From: Malacoraja senta
Lineage: Eukaryota
Length of the DNA stretch: 64,000 bases
Assembly: GCA_038087875.1 (NCBI GenBank)
Contig: JAXLNO010002460.1
Coordinates: 1 to 64,000 of the forward strand
Reading direction: 5' to 3'
In this document: positions 45,501 through 56,934 of the stretch, piece by piece
How the letters are laid out: every line of letters begins with the position of its first letter
Position numbering within the stretch: position 1 is the stretch's first letter
The notes under the pieces: model-generated
Seen by the model: the letters and a program-made list of their open reading frames with translations, nothing else
The model's database searches: none
Told to the model about the DNA's origin: nothing
Translations under genes and position numbers: made by a program

Positions 45501-46829
45501 ATGCAAAGTCCTTTAGCCAAGCAGTTGCCTCTTGATCTGCTGTATGAAGGGTGACAAGTCCTCCTTTAAGCTGTAGTATTCGGAGAGCAGGTCCAACTGC
45601 TAGGTGCTCTTGAGGCTGGTCGTTGTTGCTGCTTTCGGCTTTGGGATAATGACTAGGATTCTTTGACTTGGCTCTCAGGCGTCGTCTTGTAAAATTTAGT
45701 CTGCTGGAAGGATCATTGGCTTCCCCAGGCGAGCCTGGGTACTGACGGGGGGCGCGACGAGAACGCTGATCCATAGTCCCCCTGCTGATGTGGACCTGTG
45801 TCACCTTGACTTGTGCTTTTCATTAAAACATGCACATACACCTCTAGATAGCTCAGTTCTTGCACTGTTTTTACAATTGTACACTCTGGTTTGTATTGCA
45901 CTTTCAGGTTCCTTCTACCAAACAGTAACTCCCATCATTCTTCTTTGTTAATTTATATATTGGACAAAGTCAACATAAGTTGATAGAAGGGACTTTCAGC
46001 AGGGGCTGAACCAGATAACTGGTTAAGAGATTATTATCTGAGTTCAGATAGGTTGGCAAAGTGGAGACCTGGGTGTCGTTGTACACCAGTTGCTGAAGGC
46101 AAGCAGTGAGGAGGCCAAGGAGGAGGTTGTCAATCTCACCAAACCTTTGACTCTCAATCGTGAGCAATTGTGGAATACCCTCCTCAAGTATGGCTCCCAA
46201 TGAAATACATCTCCAGCTTATGTTTATTCTGCAAATGTTATACAACAGAATCATTCGTTCTGAAAACCAATGGTGAATGAAGGTTCCCAGTTGCACAAAC
46301 ATTTTCTCAATGTTTCTTGCTGCATGTTGCATCAAATTGGGAGTGGAGATGATGGGAATCATCTGGGAATGGGAAACTAACTGGAAATTGTTAAACCTCT
46401 GGTAACAGCAATCTAGACAGAAAGCTAGCTAAACCTTAGTAGTCAAACTCCACATGGAGAGGATGCTGCTATTGACGTGCCATTCACCATTGCATTAAAT
46501 GTGTCAGCACACATTTGGGGGGAAATAGTACTTGAAGACCAAGACTGCAGCACTGGCACAAACCCGTGGTCTACCGGGGAACTGTAATTCCTGCTTCCTA
46601 TCTGTTTGTGACAACTGAACTTGCTACAGCAGGCATCACATGGCACTGCAGAAGAGCCGCCGCCAAGGAATCCATCAAATTCATTGCAAACACCAGTGAT
46701 ACAATGTCATTGTTCACTCGAAGATAAACATCACCTGTTCTGTGGCCCTATCATGTTTAGTTGCCTGTGTTGTGCAGGTTGATTTGTTCGCATACCCTTA
46801 TTTGTACTCTTGGAACACATAGACTATTA

Positions 46830-47600
46830 TAAGCTCTGTCATGGGTGAGGTCACACGCAAACTGGAGGAACAGCCCCTCATATTGCAGTTTACAACCCAA
46901 CAGTATAAAGTCATTTCAAGTCAATTCAAATAATTTCCCCATCTAACCCTTCTCTCGTTTCTATGCCTCCTCTACCACCTGGGTCCACATCTATTTCTCC
47001 CACCATCTGCCCCAGTCACCCTGCTCCACCCCTTCACTCATCTCCTGTCCCCATGTCCCCATTTTCCTGTTATCTGTCCCTCTTTCCCTTCCCCTCTGCC
47101 ACTACCCTTCCATATCACCCTCTCTGGCTTTATACGATAATGACAATGACACAATCTTCTGACTTCTGAACTTCTGACAAGGTCTCACATGGCAGCAGGT
47201 TAAAACAGTAAAATGCCATGGGACCCATGGGTTGTGGCTCCTCGTCTGACTGATGGAGTAGAGGAGAATGAAAGCTGGAGAAGGTGGGTGGGGATGGGAA
47301 AAATACTGATAAGTCTGTGTCAGATGAGTGGTTGCGATTGGCAGATGGGTGGACTAAGTGACAAAGGCTGGAGACTAAAAGGGCACAAAAGGGTGTCAGT
47401 TAAGGAGAGCAGAGGACGAGTGAAATATAAACCTCCTCTATTGCATTTGGAGCTCCTTATGTGGCCTCCTTTACATCAGTGAGGCCAAGCATTTTGTAGA
47501 CAACCATTTCACCAAATACTTGCACTCTGTCCACCTAGGTCTGCTGGATCTACCCGTTCCTGTCCTTTTAACTCCCCTTCCCTTTCCCATACTGATCTTT
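46830..47600. mobile_element. Degraded Penelope (GIY-YIG) fragments
   Basis: RKLEEQPLI at ~46855 and YISEAK..YLHSVHLGLLDLPV..NSPSLSHTDL at ~47470-47600 resemble Penelope GIY-YIG endonuclease ends. Confidence 0.6.
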
Positions 47601-48519
47601 CAGACCAGGATGGTGATGGACAAGATTTATAGGCATGCTCAAAGCCCTTTGAAGTAATACAACATCACCACTAATTCCAGGGACTCTATGGCCCATGAGC
47701 ATTCAGGTCGAAATAGAGCATTCGGCTTTGAAACTTGTATTTGTTGAGGTCATGTGTCAGCAACACAGACAACCCCATCTGTGATGGAGGGAGTGGACCA
47801 GCTCACTAACTACACACCCTCATACTGAAGGGTCTGTGATTCCACATTATCCTCATTGGCCAGTTCATGTCCAACAAAACTGGAAAGCACACTTCGTCCC
47901 TAGGGATTGTCTAAGAAGATTCACACCACATTCACCCTCCTCTCATTCACCCTCCTCTCATTGCTTCCCTACCCTACCATGTATGGAGGAATATTTAGTC
48001 CTTCATTGCCCTTCATTAATTATACCCCATTGCCACAATATTACATGCTCTCTTTCAACTTCTTTACAATGCTACTTTCCTGAGTTCATTCTCTGCCAAA
48101 CCATATTAAACCTCTCCTCTTTCTCCGGCTAAACTTCCCATGATGTGGCGCCTTCTAGCTCTTTGAGGAAGCATCCTGCAGGCCTTGGATGTGCCCATTC
48201 TGCAACTGGATCCTCCACTTCCTGACCCATAGGCCAAAATCAGTAAGGATGTCTGACAACTGCTCCATGATATTTCTCAACACTGGTGCCCTGTAAGGCA
48301 TCGTTCTCAGCCCCTTACTGTACTCCCAATACACTCACAACTGTGTGGCCAAATTCTGCTTTAACTTTGTTTACCGATTTGCAGATGATATCACGGTATC
48401 ACAACAATCAGATGGAGTAAAAGAAGGGCAGAGAGAGCAGGGTGCCACACAGATGCCCTGACCCATCTGCCACTTCTTTGTCTCTCTAGTGGTTTCCTGC
48501 TCCCCCACTGCCAGCACTC

Positions 48520-48900
48520 ACTTTAGGTGGAGGATGACCACCTCCTGAAACCTGCTGCACATGAAACATTCGGCCTTGGGATCAAGGTCCATTTGAGCAT
48601 GGACTGTTGGTGCTCGAGCTCCAAACGCAGAGCTTGAGCTGATCTAGCTGACAACACTTCCTGTATCTAAGCTTGTCCAGGAATCAGGAAGCATTGTAAG
48701 TTCCCAGATTCCACTGTGCGCCCATTTCCATGGCTTTGAGATTCCCACCCATGACTCTTTTTATTAGTCCCTCTCAATTAATAAAGAATTCAATCAAAAC
48801 ACTATTACTATTCAATGGACCATTGCCCAACATAAACCAAACAAACTTATTTAATTCCCTGGGTCTTTGTTGAAGACAATTCTTGTGTAACTCACTGGGA
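48520..48900 (+). mobile_element. Old CR1-type 5'/ORF1 remnant, mirror copy of 29790-30350
   Basis: cctgaaacctgctgcacatgaaacattcggccttggg is the rc of 30170-30212. Confidence 0.55.
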
Positions 48901-50482
48901 CCCTGTCTCCTGCTCTATGTTTACACAAAGTATTTCACTAGACCCTGGGACGGATCAAGCTTTAATTTTCCACATTCTTGGAATATGGATGTCACTGGCA
49001 AAGCCAGTTGTTGCCATTCCAGAGGTGCCTGGACAGATTATTGGCTGAGGCCCTTCTATTGGTGGTTGTAGACCACTGACTGGGTTGCTGGGAAACTTCT
49101 GAGGCAGGCTGTGGGACTGGAAACATTCACAGGGAAGCATGGGAGGTTCCCTCCACAAAGAGTTAATGAGTCTTCTGGTGTTTCAGGCCATCAACAATTC
49201 ATTGTGACTGAGACCATTTTCCATCCTCACGCTTAGACTGCATTCGTAGGTTTAGGGATTCCTTAAATGATACAGCACTGAAACAGGTCCTTTGGCACAC
49301 GTTGTCCATTCCAACCAGGATGCCAATCTCAAATAATCCAATTTCCCGGCATTTGACACACCTGTAAACTATTCATATCCATGCACTCTAAATGCTTGCT
49401 CCTCTGACAGCTCATTCCATATACCCACCCCCATTGAGTGAAAAACCAGACCCTTATAGCACATCTTCATTTTTCTCCTCTCACCTTCAAACGATGCCCT
49501 CTTATATTAGACTGTGACTATCTACCTTATCTATACCCCGCACACTTTATAAGCTTCTAGAAAGTTCACCTCTTGCCTTCCTTCACTCAAGGGACTAAGG
49601 TTCCAGCCTTTCCAATCTCTCCTTATAAATCAAACCCTCCAAACTAAGCTTGTGCACCTGATCTGAACTGTTTCTAGATCCAACATATATTCTTTGAGCA
49701 TGGCAACAGGAACCGAGCACAATATGCCAAGTGCAGCCTAAACAAGGGCCCCTCGGTCCTGCAACACTGTCTGAGTCAAATTTATTTTTCCCATTCATTT
49801 TCCTACTTTCCCAGTTGATAAAGTTTGGTTGCAAACAGTATTTCCCACATGTCCACTATACCCCAATTCTTGCGTCATATACAGATTTAGTAATCATACC
49901 ACCTTCATTCTCATCCAAATCATGAATACATGTGACAAGCAACATTGGCCCTAACACCAGTCCCTGTAGCACACCACTGGTCACAGGCAAACTTGAGAAA
50001 CAGTGCTCTACTATCACCCTCTCTGTCTTACCACCAAGCCAATGTTAGATTCTCAATTGTCGCGGTGGGTTTCAACTTAAAGTCTAAATTAGTACGAAAA
50101 AAACAAACTGACTGAGGAACTCCGAGTTTAAAGAATCATCTGTGGAGGAAATTGGACAGACCGCGTTTTGGGCCAAGATTGAAGTAGTGTCCCGACCGGA
50201 CATCTCCAATCTCTTGTGCCTGAAGTCTGTACTGTCCCACCGTGTTGTGTCTTGAGGTGTGAGGAGCATCTCTGGACTGAGGGATGGAGTGTTGCAACTA
50301 CTGACTCAGGGGAATGTTTGGCGAAGGTGGGGGATATCAGACAACGAACGACCTGCTCATTCACGGGTTGTGTTTAACAGACCAGTCAGTGGCTGCCAGT
50401 GTCACCGCTTCAACCCGAACGTGTCTGATGGCGAATGGGAGGGTTTCAGATCAGTGCTCCGGTCGCTCAGTGTGACCCGCCC

Positions 50483-50524
50483 TGATTTGCACGGATTTCC
50501 TTCCTGTCTCAATGGCTCTATAAG
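50483..50524 (+). promoter_or_regulatory. V3 promoter: decamer TGATTTGCAC and TATAAG
   Basis: Decamer 50483-50492 and TATAAG 50519-50524, about 80 nt before the leader ATG. Confidence 0.75.
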
Positions 50525-50602
50525 TGGGTTCCATCGGCAGCGGCGTCCACAGTCTCACAAATACAGCGGCTGGAGTGAGGCAGGAAACTGAGAGCAGCAA
50601 CG

Positions 50603-50648
50603 ATGCAAACGCTGTGCTTTTTATCGTCTCTGGTACTGTGGCTGGGCT
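50603..50648 (+). CDS. IgL: Leader exon of V3
   Basis: MQTLCFLSSLVLWLG + T|GTAAGT. Confidence 0.93.
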
Positions 50649-50742
50649 GTAAGTACAGGTGGCAAGTGTGCGGGTGTGATGTGGGCTCTTGGGGTCACAT
50701 TAAAGAGTCAATGGTTAAAGATGAATTCCTGCTCTTTTACAG

Positions 50743-51066
50743 CTGGAGAGTGTCAGACACTGACTCAACCTGCGACTGTGTCGGTGAATCCAGGAGACAC
50801 GGCCACGCTGGAATGCAACATCGGGATAGATGATGGCTACTATGTTAATTGGTACAAGCAGACGTTGGGAACAACTCCTCAATGGGTTCTCCGGTATTAT
50901 CACACACACGACGCCCCGACCTATGGGTCTGGGTTCACCAGCGACCGTTTCACATCGAAAGGCAACAGCGCCGGCACCGTTTACCAGTTGATCATAAGCA
51001 ACGCAGAGGTGAATGACGCTGCCGTCTATTACTGCGGCAAATGGGTTTCAGCGAGCAGTACTTACA
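50743..51066 (+). CDS. IgL: Ig light-chain V3 exon (sigma-like), intact
   Basis: QTLTQPATVSVNPGDTATLECNIGIDDGYYVNWYKQ..LRYYHTHDAPTYGSGFTSDRFTS..DAAVYYCGKWVSASSTY. Confidence 0.95.
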
Positions 51067-51094
51067 CACAGTGAGAGAAGGTAAAACAAAAACT
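51067..51094 (+). other. V3 12-bp-spacer RSS
   Basis: CACAGTG-agagaaggtaaa-ACAAAAACT. Confidence 0.97.
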
Positions 51095-51408
51095 GGAGGC
51101 AACAAGCACGATGCACTTTACATCTTTGAATCGATGAAAACATTCTAATCTTTCACTCTTCACAAAGTCGCTTCAATTTTACCCTTTATACAGTATTTTC
51201 CAATTTTAATATCTCAATTTTTTGAAGATTCGGAGTCCCGCCGCCCACTGCCGGGATTCGTTGCCGTTTAATGTCAAGCCTGGCGATGCGGCTGTGAGTT
51301 CATCCTTTCCCGCCCCTCACCGGCGGGGACACTCGGGATGTGTGAAGTCGACTTTCATGCGGAAACTGGAGCGTCTGACCGTGTTTTATGTCTGATTCCA
51401 GGGCCCGG

Positions 51409-51446
51409 GATAACTGTCAGGGCTGAAGCCAGAACCACGCACTGTG
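51409..51446 (+). other. J3 recombination signal: perfect heptamer, weak nonamer
   Basis: GATAACTGT - 22 nt - CACTGTG. Confidence 0.75.
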
Positions 51447-51483
51447 GGGGTGTTCGGCCCAGGGACCAAGCTCTTTGTTACAG
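51447..51483 (+). CDS. IgL: Ig light-chain J3 segment with GC splice donor
   Basis: GVFGPGTKLFVT; donor reads G|GCAAGT. Confidence 0.95.
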
Positions 51484-52010
51484 GCAAGTGTCTGGGAAAT
51501 CATCCCGCAATTACTAACGGCGTGAATGCGGTCAGTTGGCAACTAATACTTTAACCTTTATTATTATCAGGCTAATTTTATCCAGAAACTTTTATTTTGC
51601 AATCCATTTGAGTTCTGTGTCCAGCACCAGTTCAAATAAATATAGATGTGTTCAGTGAATTGTTACTGTATTTTAATGACCACATTCTCTATTTCGTGAA
51701 GCTTGTTTGATATTTCAAAAAGGTGCACTCTCGGTAAATCAGTTCTCTTTGTGGTGCGGTTGCTCTGTCTCTGCATGTGCTTGTGAATATTGTGTTTCTG
51801 AGACTAACTTCATTTCTGAGTTTGCGCGGTGTTACTCCAGTTAGTTTGTCCGCTTTGTGCCGGTTTGATCCAAGTGAACGTGAGGGGTCCCAGCTTCCTA
51901 AAGTGGAGCCCGATGTCACAGTGGGGACAGGACATTGGCGACTGGAGACAGCCAGGGGTTGTTGAGGCAGTGGAAATATACGTTTCACTATTGTATGAGG
52001 ATCCCACAGT

Positions 52011-52070
52011 GGAATCTCCCCCGGAATTTCACGGAAACTCCAATCCTCCCGGTGACGACCAACTCACCTG
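52011..52070. promoter_or_regulatory. Putative J-C intronic enhancer of cluster 3 (three kB-like sites plus E-box)
   Basis: GGAATCTCCC 52011, GGAATTTCAC 52023, GGAAACTCCA 52033, CACCTG 52065 (second CACCTG at 52232). Confidence 0.55.
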
Positions 52071-52957
52071 CAGACACCCGCCCAATAAAACCCCCTCTCC
52101 CGTTCCCAAGTCCTTGCCTCCTCTCTCCTGCCATCTATCCCCTTGACCGCCGCTCCTTTGCGGGAACCGCTGCTCAGCGATTGCAGTCGCTGCACCGACT
52201 GAGGCCGGAGCTCCGGGTCTGGGGAGAATCGCACCTGCCCTCCCCCACAGTGAATGGGACCCGAATCCCTCGGCACCGTCACAGGTCACAGAACGACCTG
52301 CCCTGTCCAGCTCCGTTTGAGCTGTGTTTATTCTCCCGGCAGCAGTGGGGGGGCACAGCGGGGACATCAGTGATGGGTGGGGTGGGGCGAAGGGAAGAGG
52401 AGGAACGTGTAGCTAGTTGCTCAGTCAGTGGGCACATTGAACTGACCCGGGGTCGCTTCTGGTCCCGGTGTGCGTCTCGGCTCCGTTCATGACTCGGTGC
52501 CGGTAAGCCTCGCCAGTTGGAGTAGATTCCTCGCCAGCACTGGTTGGTCCCAGAGCAAGGGTTCACTGGTTGGAGGTCGGTAGTGGGATCACGGATCCTT
52601 TCCCTCACTAACCAGAGGCACTGAGGCCAAGTGAAGCCTCCCTGTGGGACTCTCCCGCAATCAGCTCATGTGCACAGGCCGGGGTAAACCCGGGAGTGAT
52701 GGCGAGGTCACCGAGTGGCTCATGCTGTAAACCAGCGAGTTACCAGCAGGACCCTAAAACAGGAACTTTGCCTCACATCTCTAGTTCCCCAGTGTTGACA
52801 TCCATGCGGCGACCTCCATGGGCACCGCTCCGTCCCTCAGTGAGACTCGGGTCCCCACTAGAGGAAGCTGCAACCTCTCACTCGCGCTTCTGTCAAATGC
52901 TGAGATGACCGAGCTCTTCCGTCACCTGAAACATGTCTTCTCTTGTTCCCATTGCAG

Positions 52958-53280
52958 CTTCGCAGCTCCCAGACCCTTCAGTGAAACTGCTGGGGCCGTC
53001 AGACGAGGAAATGTCCGCTAAAGGAGCGGGCACCTTAGTTTGCCTGGTCAGTAAACTATCCGCGGGCTTCCCCGCCGTCAGCTGGACAGTGGACGGGAGT
53101 CCGCCGAGCAGTGAGGTGCAAACCAGCGCGGTGAGGCGGGACACGGACAACACCTTCAGTCTCAGCAGCTACCTGACGGTGCGCGGCGCAGACTGGAGCA
53201 GTGGGAAGTTGTACTCCTGCACAGTTCAACAAGGAGCAGCCTCGAAAATATCCGCCACACTCACACAATCCAGCTGTTAA
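52958..53280 (+). CDS. IgL: Ig light-chain constant exon C3 (intact)
   Basis: Same protein as C2; acceptor ttgcag; TAA stop. Confidence 0.97.
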
Positions 53281-53536
53281 AGTGAGCGGCTCCGGGCGTG
53301 TTTTCTCCCTGATCAACGGGAGATCACTCATCTTCCTCCCACTGTGTGCGCCCGCTGTTCTCTGTTTTCCCTGTTTCCGATCCGCTTCCCACTGTGCTAT
53401 TGAAACATTTGTACTCGAGTTGATTGTTGTTCTGTTTCTCCCACCTCTAGGCGACACGGGTTAAAGTGATCAGTAACTTGGCCATCAGAAATTTCAACAT
53501 GAATTGTTTTCTCTGGCAACAGGCATGGATCTGATT

Positions 53537-53542
53537 AATAAA
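53537..53542 (+). terminator. Polyadenylation signal of C3
   Basis: AATAAA ~255 nt after the stop. Confidence 0.65.
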
Positions 53543-53988
53543 AATAATAAATATGTTTGTAATTTTTCATCAGTATCAGACCGACGGTCTGCAACGACGG
53601 CAAACTACCAATAAAGATGATCATTGTTCGAATTATTTGCCTGTGTGTGTGTGTGTGTCGTTAAATTGGAAGCTCTTCCTATTCTGACACCGGGTGTGAG
53701 GGGGGGGGGGGGGGGGGAGGAGACTCGTCTCTCTGCTCCGGTTCGTGTCCTAGTTCCGTGAAGTGAGAGGAAAGCGCTCCTTCGCGGCAGCCTTGGACAT
53801 AGGATATCAGGGAAGACCGGTGGAAGTTCCATTGCTGGGATACTTTAAAGTATGACAAGTGAAGGGTTGATAGTGATAATAAAATTGCAATAAAACATTT
53901 GGTATTTGTGTAGGATAATAAAAGAGGTAAATATAACGACGGTTGGGAGTATTCACGTGGTCAGACAGGATCGGCAGAGAGCGTTTAA

Positions 53989-55137
53989 CATAGAAACATA
54001 GAAAATAGGTGCAGGAGGAGGCAATTCGGCCCTTCAAGCCAGCACCGCCATTCATTGTGATCATGGCTGATCGTCCCCTATCAATAAACCGTGCCTGCCT
54101 TCTCCCCATATCCCTTGACTCCACTAGCCACTAGAGCTCTATCTAACTCTCTCTTAAATCCATCCAGTGATTTGGCCTCCACTGCCCTCTGTGGCAGGGA
54201 ATTCCATAAATTCACAACTCTCTGGGTGAAAAAGTGTTTTCTCACCTCAGTCTTAAATGACCTCCCCTTTATTCTAAGACTGTGGCCCCTGGTTCTGGAC
54301 TCGCCCAACATTGGGGGGGAAATTCCTGCATCTAGCTTGTCCAGTCCTTTTATAATTTTATATGTTTCTATACGATCACCCCTCATCCTTCTAAACTCCA
54401 GTGAATACAAGCCTAGTCTTTTCAATCTTTCCTCATATGACAGTCCCGCCATCCCAGGGATCAATCTCGTGAACCTATGCTGCACTGCCTCAATCACAAG
54501 GATGTCCTTCCTCAAATTAGGAGACCAAAACTGTACACAATACTCCAGATGTGGTCTCACCAGAGCCCTATACAGCTGCAGAAGAACCTCTTTACTCCTG
54601 CACTGAAATCCTTTTGTTATGAAGGCCAACATTCCATTAGCTTTGTTCACTGCCTGCTGTACCTGCACGCCAACTTTCAGTGATCGGTGTACAAGGACGC
54701 CCAGGTCTCGCTGTACCTCCCCCCTACCTAACCTAACCCCATTGAGATAATAATCTGCCCCCTTGTTTTTGCCGCCAAAGTGGATAACCTCACATTTATC
54801 TGTATTATACTGCATCTGCCACGCATCTGCCCACTCACTCAACCTGTCCAGGTCACCCTGCAACCTCCTAACATCCTCTTCACAGTTCACACTGCCACCC
54901 AGCTTTGTGTCATCCGCAAACTTGCTAATGTTGTTCCTTATCCCCTCTTCCAAATCATTAATATATATGGTAAACAGTTGCGGCCCCAACACCGAGCCTT
55001 GCGGCACTCCACTCGCCACTGCCTGCCATTCTGAAAAGGACCCGTTCACTCCTACTCGTTGCTTCCTGTCTGCCAACCAATTTTCTATCCATGTCAACAC
55101 CCTACCCCCAATACCATGTGCTCTAATTTTAGTCATA
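53989..55137 (-). mobile_element. 5'-truncated young CR1 LINE (351-aa open RT C-terminus, 54081-55136)
   Basis: GVPQGSVLGP, KFADDTKL, (ATAGAAAC)n tail; the empty site is visible at ~17460 in the cluster 1 flank. Confidence 0.95.
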
Positions 55138-55579
55138 AATAGAAGTTACATTGAGGGCCATTGATCAGAACAGACTACTTCTGACACAAACTGGAAGGGC
55201 TGGTTATCTGAAATGGGAGAGTTCTACACCTAAGATGTTCTAGACTGGATCGAAGCGTTGAAACCCGAATTTGTGTTGTGTGATGCTGACCGGGTACAGG
55301 AGTCTAGTGACAGAGTGGCCGGAGAGGGAGAGGGGAGGAGAAATGAGTGAGTCGCCAGCTGGGGGGTCGCAGCTGGTGGGTGGTTGTCAGTTGTCGAGGC
55401 TGTAGCGTCTGGTGCGTGCTGGTGCGTGACAGGGCGTGGGCGGGGATTGGTTTCACATCAGTTCATCAACACTTCTCAGGTGCAGAATCCTCACCCCTCC
55501 CCACCCGCCAGATCCCTCCGGCACCTCTACCACCCCTCTCCCCAACCACATTGCACGTCCGTGGACGGGGTTAAGTCTA

Positions 55580-56270
55580 GGAATTCAAAGGTTTCAAAGG
55601 TATTTTATTGTCACGTACCAATTAAGGTACAGTGATATTCGTATTACCATACAGCCATACTAAAAAAATGCAACAATACACACAACTACATAAAAGTTAA
55701 CATAACATCCACCACAGCGGATTCCCCACACTCCTCACGGTGATGGAAGGCAATAAAGTCTAATCTTGTTCCCTTATTTTTCTTCCGCGGTCGGGGCAGT
55801 CGAACCATCCGTCGGGGTGATCGAAGCTCCCGAAGCCGGCGATCGAAGCTCCTGCGGCCTGGAGCTTCCGAAGTCGGTCTCTAACCAGGGACCGCGTGTT
55901 CCACGATGCTAAAGTCCGCAGGCTCCCGCAGTTGGAGCTCAGAGGTCGATCCCTGGCAAAGGGATCACCAGCTCCGCGATGTTAAAGTCCTGCAGGCTCC
56001 CGCGGTTGGAGCGCCCGAAGTCGGTATGCAGCAGAGGCCAACAGCTCCTCGATGTTAGGCCGCAGTGCGGACGGAGATACGATACTGAAAAAAATCGCAT
56101 CTCCGTCGAGGTAAGAGAGTTTAAAAAAAAGTCCTCCCCCCCCCATATAAAAAAACAAACTAAAGAACACTAAAACATACATTTAACACATACTAAGGAA
56201 ACAACAAAGAAGGAAGGGTCAGACAGACTATTGACAAGGCAGCCATTGATGGCGCCACCCAGTGGAATTC
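55580..56270 (-). mobile_element. Non-autonomous retroelement-like insertion with Rex1-like tail
   Basis: Minus-strand tail gacaataaaatacctttgaaacctttgaa; head gggtggcgccatcaatggctgcc; no ORF; inside a 1.2-kb block absent from the cluster 1 flank. Confidence 0.5.
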
Positions 56271-56934
56271 AAACAATGGCTGAAATCTCACAGTCTGTTG
56301 TTGGAGGTGGGGGAGGAAAGGAAAGTGAGAAAGGGAGACGGTGGGGTGAGTAAGAGCAAGAGGCCGGTAGAGTAAGGGCACAGGTGGATAGAATGGTGAA
56401 GAGGGAATGGATGGCAATGACGAAGGTTTACTGACGGAGGAAGACGATCTAAGTGGGAAATATTCACCCCTGGCACAGTCAGAAAATTTTATCCCAACTT
56501 TAATACCCCTTCCCCCCCCCTTTTCCCATTTCTCACAACCACCCCCATTCCTCCTTTCTTTCAGTGTTTTTAAGTCAAGCGCCAACCATTTAAGACAGAG
56601 GTGAGAGAACTTTGGTTTTTTTCTCGGAGGGTCGCACGCCTTTGAAATTCTCTTCCTGAAAAGGCTGTTTGCGGAGTCAACTAATATATTTAATTCAGAG
56701 GTGGATAGGAACTCCATTCTACCTTTGGGAATTGTCTCGCTCCATGTCCAGTTGTTCTGTAAAACTTACCTTATCCCTCCCTCTGAGGCCAGGTCCCTCG
56801 GAGCGCGTCTCGAACTAGGGCAATGTGAGGTTGCATCGCACACTATCAGCATGTTGTGATCAGATTAGTGCTACGAGTCATTCAAGTAGCCCCTAAGGAA
56901 ATGTTATATAGTATAATTTAATAAAGATCGTACA

